From an uncultured Chloroflexota bacterium (GTDB lineage: Bacteria > Chloroflexota > UBA4733), in NCBI GenBank assembly GCA_937967325.1, contig CALBSQ010000213.1, forward strand, positions 18,634-50,633: a DNA stretch of 32,000 bases, read 5' to 3'. Each line of letters opens with the position of its first letter. Positions within the stretch are counted from its first letter, which is position 1. Shown here piece after piece: positions 24,455 to 31,643 of the stretch. The position numbers and the translations under genes are program-made. The notes beneath the pieces were generated by a model. The model made no database searches. It was not told the origin of the DNA and saw only the letters and a list, made by a program, of their open reading frames with translations.

Positions 24455-26331
24455 TCAGTCGTCCAGCTCGCAGGCGCAGGTGGTCACCTCGCGCGTGATG
24501 GTCCTGGGGCCGGCGTAGACGTGGGTCGTGCAGGGCATGCAAGGGTCGAAGCTGCGGATAGTGCGCAGGATGTCGATGGCCTTGAACTCCTCCGGGCTGT
24601 TGAATTGCTCGAGAATGGGCGTGTTCACGACCGCTTCTTCGTACGGTCCCGGCTGGCCGAAGGGGTCGACGGGAGAGGCGTTGGTGGTGGAGGGCGTGCA
24701 GATTTGGTAGTTTGTTATGACGCCGCGATCCATGGTGAGGTGATGGGCCAGGTAGCCGCGACCGGCGCCCCAGAAGCCCACGCCGATGCGCGGATCTCGC
24801 GGCACCTTGAAGTCGGCCGAGACGGCCGTCTCTCCCCTCTTCATCAAGTTGTAGCCGGCCAGCAGGTTGTTGAGGCAGACCAGCGCGGTGTAGGCCTGCG
24901 CGTAGGCACGGGCGCGGTTGCGCTCGATGGCGTTGCACTCGCTCGGCACCACCCATTCCAGCGTCATCTCCGGCAGCGCGCCCTTCGGCATGACCAGCCG
25001 CAGACTGGTCCCGGTCGACTCGATGAAGGGGTTGGCGGGCAGCTTCTTGGCGACGGCGGTGATCCACATGCGCGCGTAGGCGCCCGCCTCCACCACCTGG
25101 CGGTCCCAGCGCGGCGCCGTGCCCCAGGTGTATTTCTCCTTCCAGCTCCGACCCCCGGCCTGGGGAGCGTCTGCTTGTTCCAGGGATGATGGGGGCTCAG
25201 CGGGCTGCCCAGCGGGTCGGTGCGGTAGGGCGGCGTGCCGCCGGCCCAGCCTTCGTAGTAGGAGTGCTCGACGAACTCCTCCAGTCCCAGGTTGATGCTG
25301 TGCAGGCTCGTGGTCCTCAGCTCGCCGTCGATCATGACGCCCGGAGTCGCCCAGCGCCGCTCTCCCCAGTCGGCGGCGTGCTCGTAGCGGGCGTCGTAGG
25401 CCTCGTGGTGCTCCCAGATGCCGAGGTCGATTAGGTGGCGAGGCCGCACGCCCACGCGGTGGAAGCCGGGATTGGCTTGGTAGAGGAACTCCGAGATGTC
25501 GTCCCAGATGGTCACCATCCGCTTGGCGTGGTCCAGCAGCGTGAACAGGCGGATCTGATACTCGTTGAACGTCTGGGTGCTGATCGTCGTGCTGATGCCG
25601 CCCGGCACGATGGTCTGGGGGTGCGGGTACTTGCCCCAGACCAGGGAACACATCTCGCGCGCTCGGCGGGTGATCTCCAGCGCTTCCAGGTAGAGCGGGC
25701 CGGAGAGCGGATTGAGGGCGGTCATTAGGTCGGCCATGGTCCGGAAGCCGTGGACGGCGGCGTTCGGGGCCGCCGCCTGCTCCGCCTTGCCCCAGATCTC
25801 GGGATTGGTGGACCGGATGATAGCCTCGGAATAGTCGGGGCCGGCCAGCAGGAACAGGTGGAGCGGGTGGTCGTACAGGAACTCGGCCGCCTGCCCCAGG
25901 TTGCGCACCACGATCCCCATGGGCGGCGGCTGCACCCCGAAGGCCATCTCGATCGCTTCGGCGGCGCAGTTGGAGTGGACGCCGCCACAGACGCCGCAGG
26001 CGCGACTGGAGATGTAGATGGCGTCGCGTGGGTCACGTCCTTTCAGGATCACCTCGTAGCCGCGGAACAGCGTGGCCATGGAGTGCGCGTCGTGGACCGT
26101 GCGGTTCTCCAGGTCGACCACGGAGTGGAAGGCCAGGGCGCCGGCCACACGGGTGACCGGGTCGATGCTGACCTCCTTGATGTGGCCGTTCCTGGCCAGC
26201 AGCTCTTCGATGCGCTGCTGGCGGTCCTCCACCGCGCGGGTGCTCGTGTAGGTGTAGGGGTCGGTCGCGCCCTCTTTCAGGTGCGCTCGGCCTTGCTCGT
26301 CGAACTCGATGGGCAGGTTCTTGAAGCACAT
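24455..26331 (-). CDS. [NiFe]-hydrogenase large subunit (group 1h/5-like), with an apparent 1-nt frameshift near 25162-25165
   Basis: The N-terminal ORF 24964..26331 carries the L1 motif SSRACGVCGGVHSNC. The C-terminal ORF 24455..25651, in another frame, carries SFDPCMPCTTHVY plus a cleavable tail. The two frames meet at ...HPWNKQTLP | QAGGRSWKEKYTWGTAPRW. Adding one C to the C4 run of the mRNA gives a continuous 625-aa protein. Confidence 0.85.
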
Positions 26332-26344
26332 GGACCGACCCTCT

Positions 26345-26623
26345 CTACTGCGCCATTTCCGCCAGGCGACGCTCGGCCGAGCCGAGGCTAGCGGCGATCG
26401 CCTCGCCGCCAGCGGCGAGCTGCGTCAGCGCCGCCGCGGTGATCGGCAGCTCGGTCTTGAGGATGGCCGTCTCGCTCTCGATGGCGCGCACCCCCATGGC
26501 GATCTTGGCCAGCGAGCGATTGATCCCCTCCAGGGCGGTACGGATACGGCTCAGCATCGCGACCAGGGCGCCGAGGAAGAGCCAGAGCGCCAGCGTGGAG
26601 AGGATGGTCAGGATTAGCGGCAT
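26345..26623 (-). CDS. Small single-pass membrane protein, type B' of a four-gene paralog array
   Basis: 92 aa with an N-terminal TM (LILTILSTLALWLFLGALVAML) followed by a helical region (INRSLAKIAMGVRAIESETAIL...). It is a paralog of 26956..27261. The TGATG junction gives a 1-nt overlap with the upstream gene, and the gene ends 13 nt before the large-subunit start. Confidence 0.7.
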   Translation of the reverse strand: MPLILTILSTLALWLFLGALVAMLSRIRTALEGINRSLAKIAMGVRAIESETAILKTELPITAAALTQLAAGGEAIAASLGSAERRLAEMAQ

Positions 26624-26943
26624 CAGGGCGCCTCCCCTCTTGGGTTCTTCCGGGCGAGCGCCCGGCCCAGGCCGGCAAGTCGGCCCTCGATCGCCGACGT
26701 CGTACGATCCAGCACCTCCACCGCTTGCAGCAGCCGGCCGGCGGTCTGGAGGACGCCTTCGAGCTGGGCGATCGTCGCGGTGTTGCCGGCGATGCCCTGT
26801 GCCGCCGGGAGCGCCACCTTGGCCAGCCGGTTGATCTCGCGGGCATGACCGATGACGACGACGATGTTGGCGACGGCGATGACCGTGAGGATGAGGGCGA
26901 CGACGAGGGCAATCCAGCCGACGACGATAATGGCCGCGTCCAT
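26623..26943 (-). CDS. Small single-pass membrane protein, type A' of the paralog array
   Basis: 106 aa with an N-terminal TM, then AREINRLAKVALPAAQGIAGNTATIAQLEGVLQTAGRLL. It is a clear paralog of 27263..27574 (ANRIDRHALAVWEAGKGIAANTVQIWQLQ). Confidence 0.7.
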   Translation of the reverse strand: MDAAIIVVGWIALVVALILTVIAVANIVVVIGHAREINRLAKVALPAAQGIAGNTATIAQLEGVLQTAGRLLQAVEVLDRTTSAIEGRLAGLGRALARKNPRGEAP

Positions 26944-26955
26944 GGGCGCCCTCCC

Positions 26956-27261
26956 TCAGGCCACGCGTCTGACAGCGACTGCTTCGCCCATGACGGCCGC
27001 CAGATGCCCGTCGGTTGCTTCCAGGTGATCCGCGGTCGAGCTCAAGCCCCGCGCCACAGCGCCGAGCCCCGTGTTCAGCACGTTGATGTGTTGCGCCAGT
27101 GGGGCCGTCTGCCGCTCGACCAGTTGCACTCCCACTGCGATCCGGCTGAGGGTGCTCCCGATGCTCCAGAGGGCGACGGCGATGATGATCAGGCTCACCG
27201 CCAGCACCACGATCAGGACGACGGCGTAGATAATAGCGACCCAGGTCAAGACGGCGACCAT
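26956..27261 (-). CDS. Small single-pass membrane protein, type B of the paralog array
   Basis: 101 aa with an N-terminal TM (WVAIIYAVVLIVVLAVSLIIIAVAL), then STLSRIAVGVQLVERQTAPLAQHINVL..., paralogous to 26345..26623. Confidence 0.7.
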   Translation of the reverse strand: MVAVLTWVAIIYAVVLIVVLAVSLIIIAVALWSIGSTLSRIAVGVQLVERQTAPLAQHINVLNTGLGAVARGLSSTADHLEATDGHLAAVMGEAVAVRRVA

Positions 27262-27262
27262 G

Positions 27263-27574
27263 CTAGCCCTTTCCCTGGAGGGCCGCGGGCAGCCGCTCCA
27301 GTCGCTGGTCGATCGAGCCGGCCACCGCGGCGATGCCCTGGGCGGTCTGCAGGATCTCCGTGGCCGTGGCGTTGGTCTTCTGGAGCTGCCAGATCTGGAC
27401 GGTGTTGGCGGCGATGCCCTTGCCCGCCTCCCAAACCGCCAGCGCGTGGCGGTCGATGCGATTGGCGGCCGCGGCGATCCAGATCAGCAACAGGGCGACC
27501 ACGACGATGACGATTGCCGCGGCGCCCAGCGTGATCCACCAGACGGTGATAACGTCCATCGGATCATTTCCCAC
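27263..27574 (-). CDS. Small single-pass membrane protein, type A of the paralog array
   Basis: 103 aa from GTG 27574, with an alternative ATG at 27559. It has an N-terminal TM (VWWITLGAAAIVIVVVALLLIWIAAAA) followed by a helical region. It lies 24 nt after the small-subunit stop and 1 nt before the next gene. Confidence 0.7.
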   Translation of the reverse strand: MGNDPMDVITVWWITLGAAAIVIVVVALLLIWIAAAANRIDRHALAVWEAGKGIAANTVQIWQLQKTNATATEILQTAQGIAAVAGSIDQRLERLPAALQGKG

Positions 27575-27598
27575 TTTTGGTGTCCTGCCAGTTACGGC

Positions 27599-28828
27599 CT
27601 ACTGCCTGACCTGCTTCGCAGCGGTGTTGCGCCGCTGCGCCGAATCGTAGCCGCGATGCACCAGCCGGTCGACGAAGGTCGTGCTCGAGGCGGCGCCCCA
27701 GCCGATCGGCGCCTGGCCGGTTTCGTCCCAGCGCACCTCGCGGTTGCGGTCGCGCTGGGTGATCCGGCGCAGCGGCCGAACGAAAGAGCCCACCAGGCGC
27801 GAGGCCGTGCCGGACACCATCGTGCCCGGCGGGGCCGTGTAGAAGGGCGCAAACTTATCGGGGAAGCCGGGCATGGTACAGCCGATGCAGGGAGCGCCGG
27901 TATTCATTCAACCGCCGACGTGGTTGATGGCGCCGCGGCTGGTGATGTTGCAGTTGACCACGGGTCCCCAGCAGCCGATCTCCACCAGGCACTCCTTGTC
28001 GCCGTACTCCTTGGCGAAGGAGCCCTCCTCGTAGTAGCCGGCGCGCAGGCACTGGCGGTGGACGGTCTCGCCGAAGAGCCAGGCCGGCCGCCCCAGGTCG
28101 TCGAACTCCGGCGAGGGGCCGATGCCTTGCAGGAAGAGCAGGATGGCGGCGACCGTTTCGGTGAAGTTGTCGCCGATGGGCGAGCAGCCGGGCACGTTCA
28201 CCACCGGCAGCCCCAGCGCCGAGCGGTAATCCCGTCCCAGGAAGTCCATCATGCTCATGGCACCGGTGGGATTGCCGTAGGCTGCCGGGACGCCGCCCCA
28301 GGTAGCGCAGGTGCCGATGGCGATCACGGCAGCCGCGCCGGGCGCCAGACGCTGGACCCATTCCGCGGACGGGATCTGGCGCTTCCCGCCGGTTGCCGGG
28401 TTCTCCTCCTCGCCCACCGCCGACCAGTAGCCGCCCTGTGGCCCGGCCTTGCTCTCGTCGGCGATGGAGCCCTCGTAGACGATGACGTAGGGGTCTCCCA
28501 GCTCACCGCGCCAGGCCCGGCGCATCGGCTCGACGAAGGCGTCGCCGGCCTCGAGCTGGATGGCGGTGTGATGCAGGTAGACGATCGGCACGCCGGGGAT
28601 GGAGCCGGTGAGCAGGCTCTCCACGGACGGCTGTGTGGCGCTCAGCACGGCGATGGAGCAACCGTCACAGCTCATGCCGGCCAGCCAGAAGACGTGTACG
28701 CGCTCGAACGGACCCAGCTTCGTCGCCGGACCTGCCTTGGCGGCGACGATATTGGCCCATTCCTCCTGACTGATGCCGGCCACGTTGCCGGCCTGGGAGA
28801 TCGGGGGCATCGGCTCAGCAACGGTCAT
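27599..28828 (-). CDS. [NiFe]-hydrogenase small subunit (no Tat signal), interrupted by one in-frame TGA at 27908-27910
   Basis: ORF 27908..28828 carries the proximal-cluster region (FWLAGMSCDGCS, GTCATWGG, PGCSP) and the distal/medial region (HRQCLRAG...ECLVEIGCWGPVVNCN...HVGG). After the TGA, ORF 27599..27907 continues in the same frame with MNTGAPCIGCTMPGFPDKFAPFY, which is the conserved CIGC end of the same domain. The SD AAGGAGGG precedes ATG 28828. Confidence 0.85.
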
Positions 28829-28861
28829 TCTCGCCCTCCTTTTCTCCTGATCGGGACACCA

Positions 28862-29665
28862 TCACACGCCGGCGGGGATCGGAAGCCCTAGCCGCTCGAC
28901 CAGTTGGTCGGCGAGGTCCTGGACTGCTGCCACCGCCGGCGCGTTGGCGTCGTGGTCGATGATCGCCCGGCCGAGGTGGTCCGCCTCGGTGACGCGCTCA
29001 TCAAATGGCACTTGTCCGACGATGTCGAAGCCGCGGCGCGCGCAGTACTCGCGGAGCGCCGCCTCATCGCGGCCGTCGCGCACCTTATTGGCAACGACCC
29101 AGACCCGCTCCAGACCGAGCTCTTGAGCAAGGGGCACCATGCGCCCTGCCGTTTCCAGCGAGCGGTAGTAGGGCTCGGTCACGACCAGCAGCACGCCGAC
29201 GTTGCGCACCGTGCCGCGCGTGAGGTGTTCGATCGAGGCTTCCATATCGAGGATGGTGACGTCGCTGGGCCGCTGTGCCGGCAGCTCACCCATGACGCCG
29301 CGTACCGCGGCGTGCTGTCCGCAGAGTCAACCCTTGCCCGCGCCGAGCAGGCCCGTCATCATGAGCACGCCGACGTTATCGGGTCCGTGGGTCCCGTACT
29401 CTCCCAGCACTTCCTCGAACGGCCTGGTGAGGTGCAGCGCGTGATGCCCATCGGCGTCGGCGCGCTCCTCCAGGATGTCGTCCCGGGGTACCCGCTTGAG
29501 GCTATGCAGTTGGTCGGGTGTCAGGCCGAGCGCCGTGGCAAGGTTCGGGTTCGGGTCGTCGTCCAGGGCGTTGACGCAGTAGCCGCGGCGGGCGAGCACA
29601 CGGGCCAGCCTCGCCGCGACGGTCGTCTTTCCCGAGCCGCCTTTGCCGGAGAGTCCAATGCGCAC
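28862..29665 (-). CDS. CooC-type (MinD/ParA-family) nickel-insertion ATPase, interrupted by one in-frame TGA at 29327-29329
   Basis: GTG 29665 is preceded by GAAGGAAG. The deviant Walker A is GLSGKGGSGKTT. After the TGA the same frame continues LCGQHAAVRGVMGEL...ILDMEASIEHLTRGT...VVANKVRD, matching the CooC pattern on both sides of the stop. Track ORFs 29327..29710 and 28862..29293 are the two halves. Confidence 0.8.
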
Positions 29666-29911
29666 TAGTTCACTTCCTTCGCTGACGCTGTGGAGTCCGG
29701 TCGACCACATCTTGGCCGGCTGCGGACCCGTGGCGATCGCGCGCCTGGCCAGACGCTCCTTCCTCGACGACGACGGAGGGCAGGCCGCAAGTGCTCAGCC
29801 CTTAGTACATCGGAACGAACAGCAGGGCAAGGTAAACGCTCTTGGCGGGAGCACCATGGATCTCCGTGACATGCCCGGTAGCAGACCATCTAGGGCGACC
29901 GTACGGCCAGC

Positions 29912-30943
29912 CTACGGCAGCGCCGCTTCAAAGTTGAACACCGCCAACGAAACCTGCTGCTCGGCTTTGATGACCTGATTGGGGTCCGTGCCGGTGGACA
30001 TAATGGCGACCACGTAGGTTCGCGTCGGCGTGGTCACGACGCCAGCGTCGTTGACAACGCCGTTGGCCTCGGTGCCAATCTTGTGTGAGACGACGGCATA
30101 GGTCGGGAGTAGCGCCGGCAGGCGGTCTTCGAAGTCGGTGTCGGTCAGGAGGCCCAGCAGGTCGAGCGCCTGCTGGGGAGGCAGGAGCTGACGGGAGGTG
30201 ACCTTCGCAAAGAGCAAGCCCACATCGGCGGGAGTGGTGCGATCATCGGCGATGGACGTGTCGGCACAGCCCCAGGCGCGGGTCTGATCCTGGACATATT
30301 GCTGACCGAGTCGCTTCTCGATTAGGAAGGCCGCCGTGTTGTCGCTCTGCTTGGCGGCGCGGCGTGCCAGCTCGGCCAAGGTATAGGATGTGCCGACGGG
30401 ATCGTAGCGGATGCTGCCGGTGCCGAAATTCTGGATATCTGACGCCGTGGTCGTGATGGTCTCGTCGAGCGACACATGGCCGGCAGCAGCTTGTTGGTAC
30501 AGCGCGACAAGGATGAAAAACTTGATGACGCTCGCCGCGACGAACTGTTGGCGCTGGTGCTGGCCGAAGCGGGCGCCGGTTGGCAGGTCGTCGACCCAGA
30601 CCCCGTAGGAACCTTGGAGCGGCGCTGTCATGCCGGCGATCTTTGCAACGATGGCGGCGGTATCGACGGCCGTCGCGGTTGGTGATGGCGTTGCCGTTGG
30701 TGGAGGGGCGGGACTCGGCGGCAGGGCAGCGGCCGTGGCTATTGGGACCGGAGGTGGGGTCGAGACACCGTGCGAACGGCGAACCGCGACAACAAGTCCG
30801 ACCACAACGACGAGACAAAGCACGAACAATTGGACGGTAGGTGGGCGAAGGCGTACCTCCTGCCCGGCCGGGCGGCGGACAGGACGCGCGGGAGGCCGGC
30901 GCTCGGGCGATGGCGAGGGGACACGTTCCGGCCGCTGGGTCAA
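29912..30943 (-). CDS. Membrane-anchored class-A beta-lactamase-related serine hydrolase
   Basis: It has an N-terminal Arg/Pro-rich region, a TM segment (LFVLCLVVVVGLVVAV) and a Pro-rich linker. The catalytic motifs are SVIK (SxxK), SDN and HKIG (KTG-like). Confidence 0.8.
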   Translation of the reverse strand: MTQRPERVPSPSPERRPPARPVRRPAGQEVRLRPPTVQLFVLCLVVVVGLVVAVRRSHGVSTPPPVPIATAAALPPSPAPPPTATPSPTATAVDTAAIVAKIAGMTAPLQGSYGVWVDDLPTGARFGQHQRQQFVAASVIKFFILVALYQQAAAGHVSLDETITTTASDIQNFGTGSIRYDPVGTSYTLAELARRAAKQSDNTAAFLIEKRLGQQYVQDQTRAWGCADTSIADDRTTPADVGLLFAKVTSRQLLPPQQALDLLGLLTDTDFEDRLPALLPTYAVVSHKIGTEANGVVNDAGVVTTPTRTYVVAIMSTGTDPNQVIKAEQQVSLAVFNFEAALP

Positions 30944-31181
30944 ACCCGTCCTCGACCCCCACTCTGCGATGGCGGCCGTCCGGCCGACCTCGGAGCGAGT
31001 CGACTCTGGCCAAGAGGCTGGCTGCTCCGCGCCACGATAGTGTCGCTGCCGCTATGGCTAGACTCCCCGGGTCATGGCCCATTGGTCCAGCACTGATTGG
31101 CGAGGAGGTGATCATTGGGCCCGGATGGATCCCGATGCCGAGCGCCGCCACCGCGCAGCGTTCCGTAGCCCGGAACCAAAA

Positions 31182-31224
31182 ACGGGAACGCCCCCGCGAT
31201 GATTCATCGCGGGGGCGTTCCCGT
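31182..31224 (-). terminator. Rho-independent terminator of tatA
   Basis: A perfect 21-bp inverted repeat (ACGGGAACGCCCCCGCGATGA / TCATCGCGGGGGCGTTCCCGT) with a 1-nt centre lies 22 nt after the tatA stop. On the minus-strand transcript it is followed by UUUUUGGUU. Confidence 0.85.
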
Positions 31225-31245
31225 GGAGGATCGAAGCCTGACGGT

Positions 31246-31491
31246 CTACTTATCTTCTGACTTTGGAGCGGCCGCGACGCTCGCCGCTGGGGCAGTGGTT
31301 GCCGTACCCGAGGCAGCCGTCTCTTGCTTGGCAGCGGCATCTTCGTCGGCTTCCTGTGCTCCCTTGCGGAACTCGCGGATGGTCTTGCCGACCGCGCTGC
31401 CGACCTGGGGTAGCTTACCGGGGCCAAGAATGATGAGGCCCAGTATCAGGATGATGATGAGCTCTGGCAAGTGGCCAGCAGAGCCAAACAT
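31246..31491 (-). CDS. tatA: Twin-arginine translocase subunit TatA/E
   Basis: MFGSAGHLPELIIILILGLIILGPGKLPQVGSAVGKTIREFRKG is the canonical TatA TM segment, hinge and amphipathic helix. The C-terminal tail is acidic and Ala-rich. Confidence 0.9.
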   Translation of the reverse strand: MFGSAGHLPELIIILILGLIILGPGKLPQVGSAVGKTIREFRKGAQEADEDAAAKQETAASGTATTAPAASVAAAPKSEDK

Positions 31492-31643
31492 GGGCTATCC
31501 CTCTGTTTCTTCGGTGTTCAATGGCGGCGGCTCGTTGCCGGCCGCTCCACGTGGCGAACCGTTCGGGTTCTTGCTGCCGCCTCATCCACTAGGATACCCG
31601 ATGACCGTCTCCTGTCAACCGCCGGGATAAGGGCGACATCGTA

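Noticed and set aside
24539-24541. Classical [NiFeSe] hydrogenase, with Sec in the large-subunit C-terminal DPUxxC motif
   Set aside because: The motif is encoded as DPCMPC, with TGC at 24539-24541, so the large subunit is a Cys-type [NiFe] enzyme.
27599-27907. The 102-aa ORF as an independent small gene
   Set aside because: Its first 25 residues are the conserved CIGC..PGFPD end of the small-subunit Fe-S domain, and it is in frame with and contiguous to the upstream ORF. I treat it as the C-terminal part of the small subunit. Stop-restart expression remains an alternative, noted in the findings.
28780-28828. Tat (twin-arginine) signal on the hydrogenase small subunit
   Set aside because: The N-terminus MTVAEPMPPISQAGNVAGISQEEW has no RRxF motif or hydrophobic h-region. 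This is consistent with a cytoplasm-facing enzyme, not a periplasmic uptake hydrogenase.
27260-28891. 543-aa ORF on the plus strand, the longest in the hydrogenase region
   Set aside because: It lies exactly antisense to the small-subunit gene and the small membrane-protein genes. Its composition is Arg/Ala/Gly/Asp/His-rich with no recognisable motifs, which is typical of a shadow ORF in high-GC DNA. The minus-strand products have clear family motifs.
27908-29329. Global reassignment of UGA (to Trp, Gly or Cys) as the explanation for the two in-frame TGAs
   Set aside because: TGA terminates several well-delimited genes here (the HNH gene at 5208-5210, the methyltransferase at 9356-9358, the Rieske-like protein, and the wHTH/Cys-His protein). 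The genome is high-GC, unlike known UGA-recoding lineages. Site-specific Sec, or mutation, fits better.
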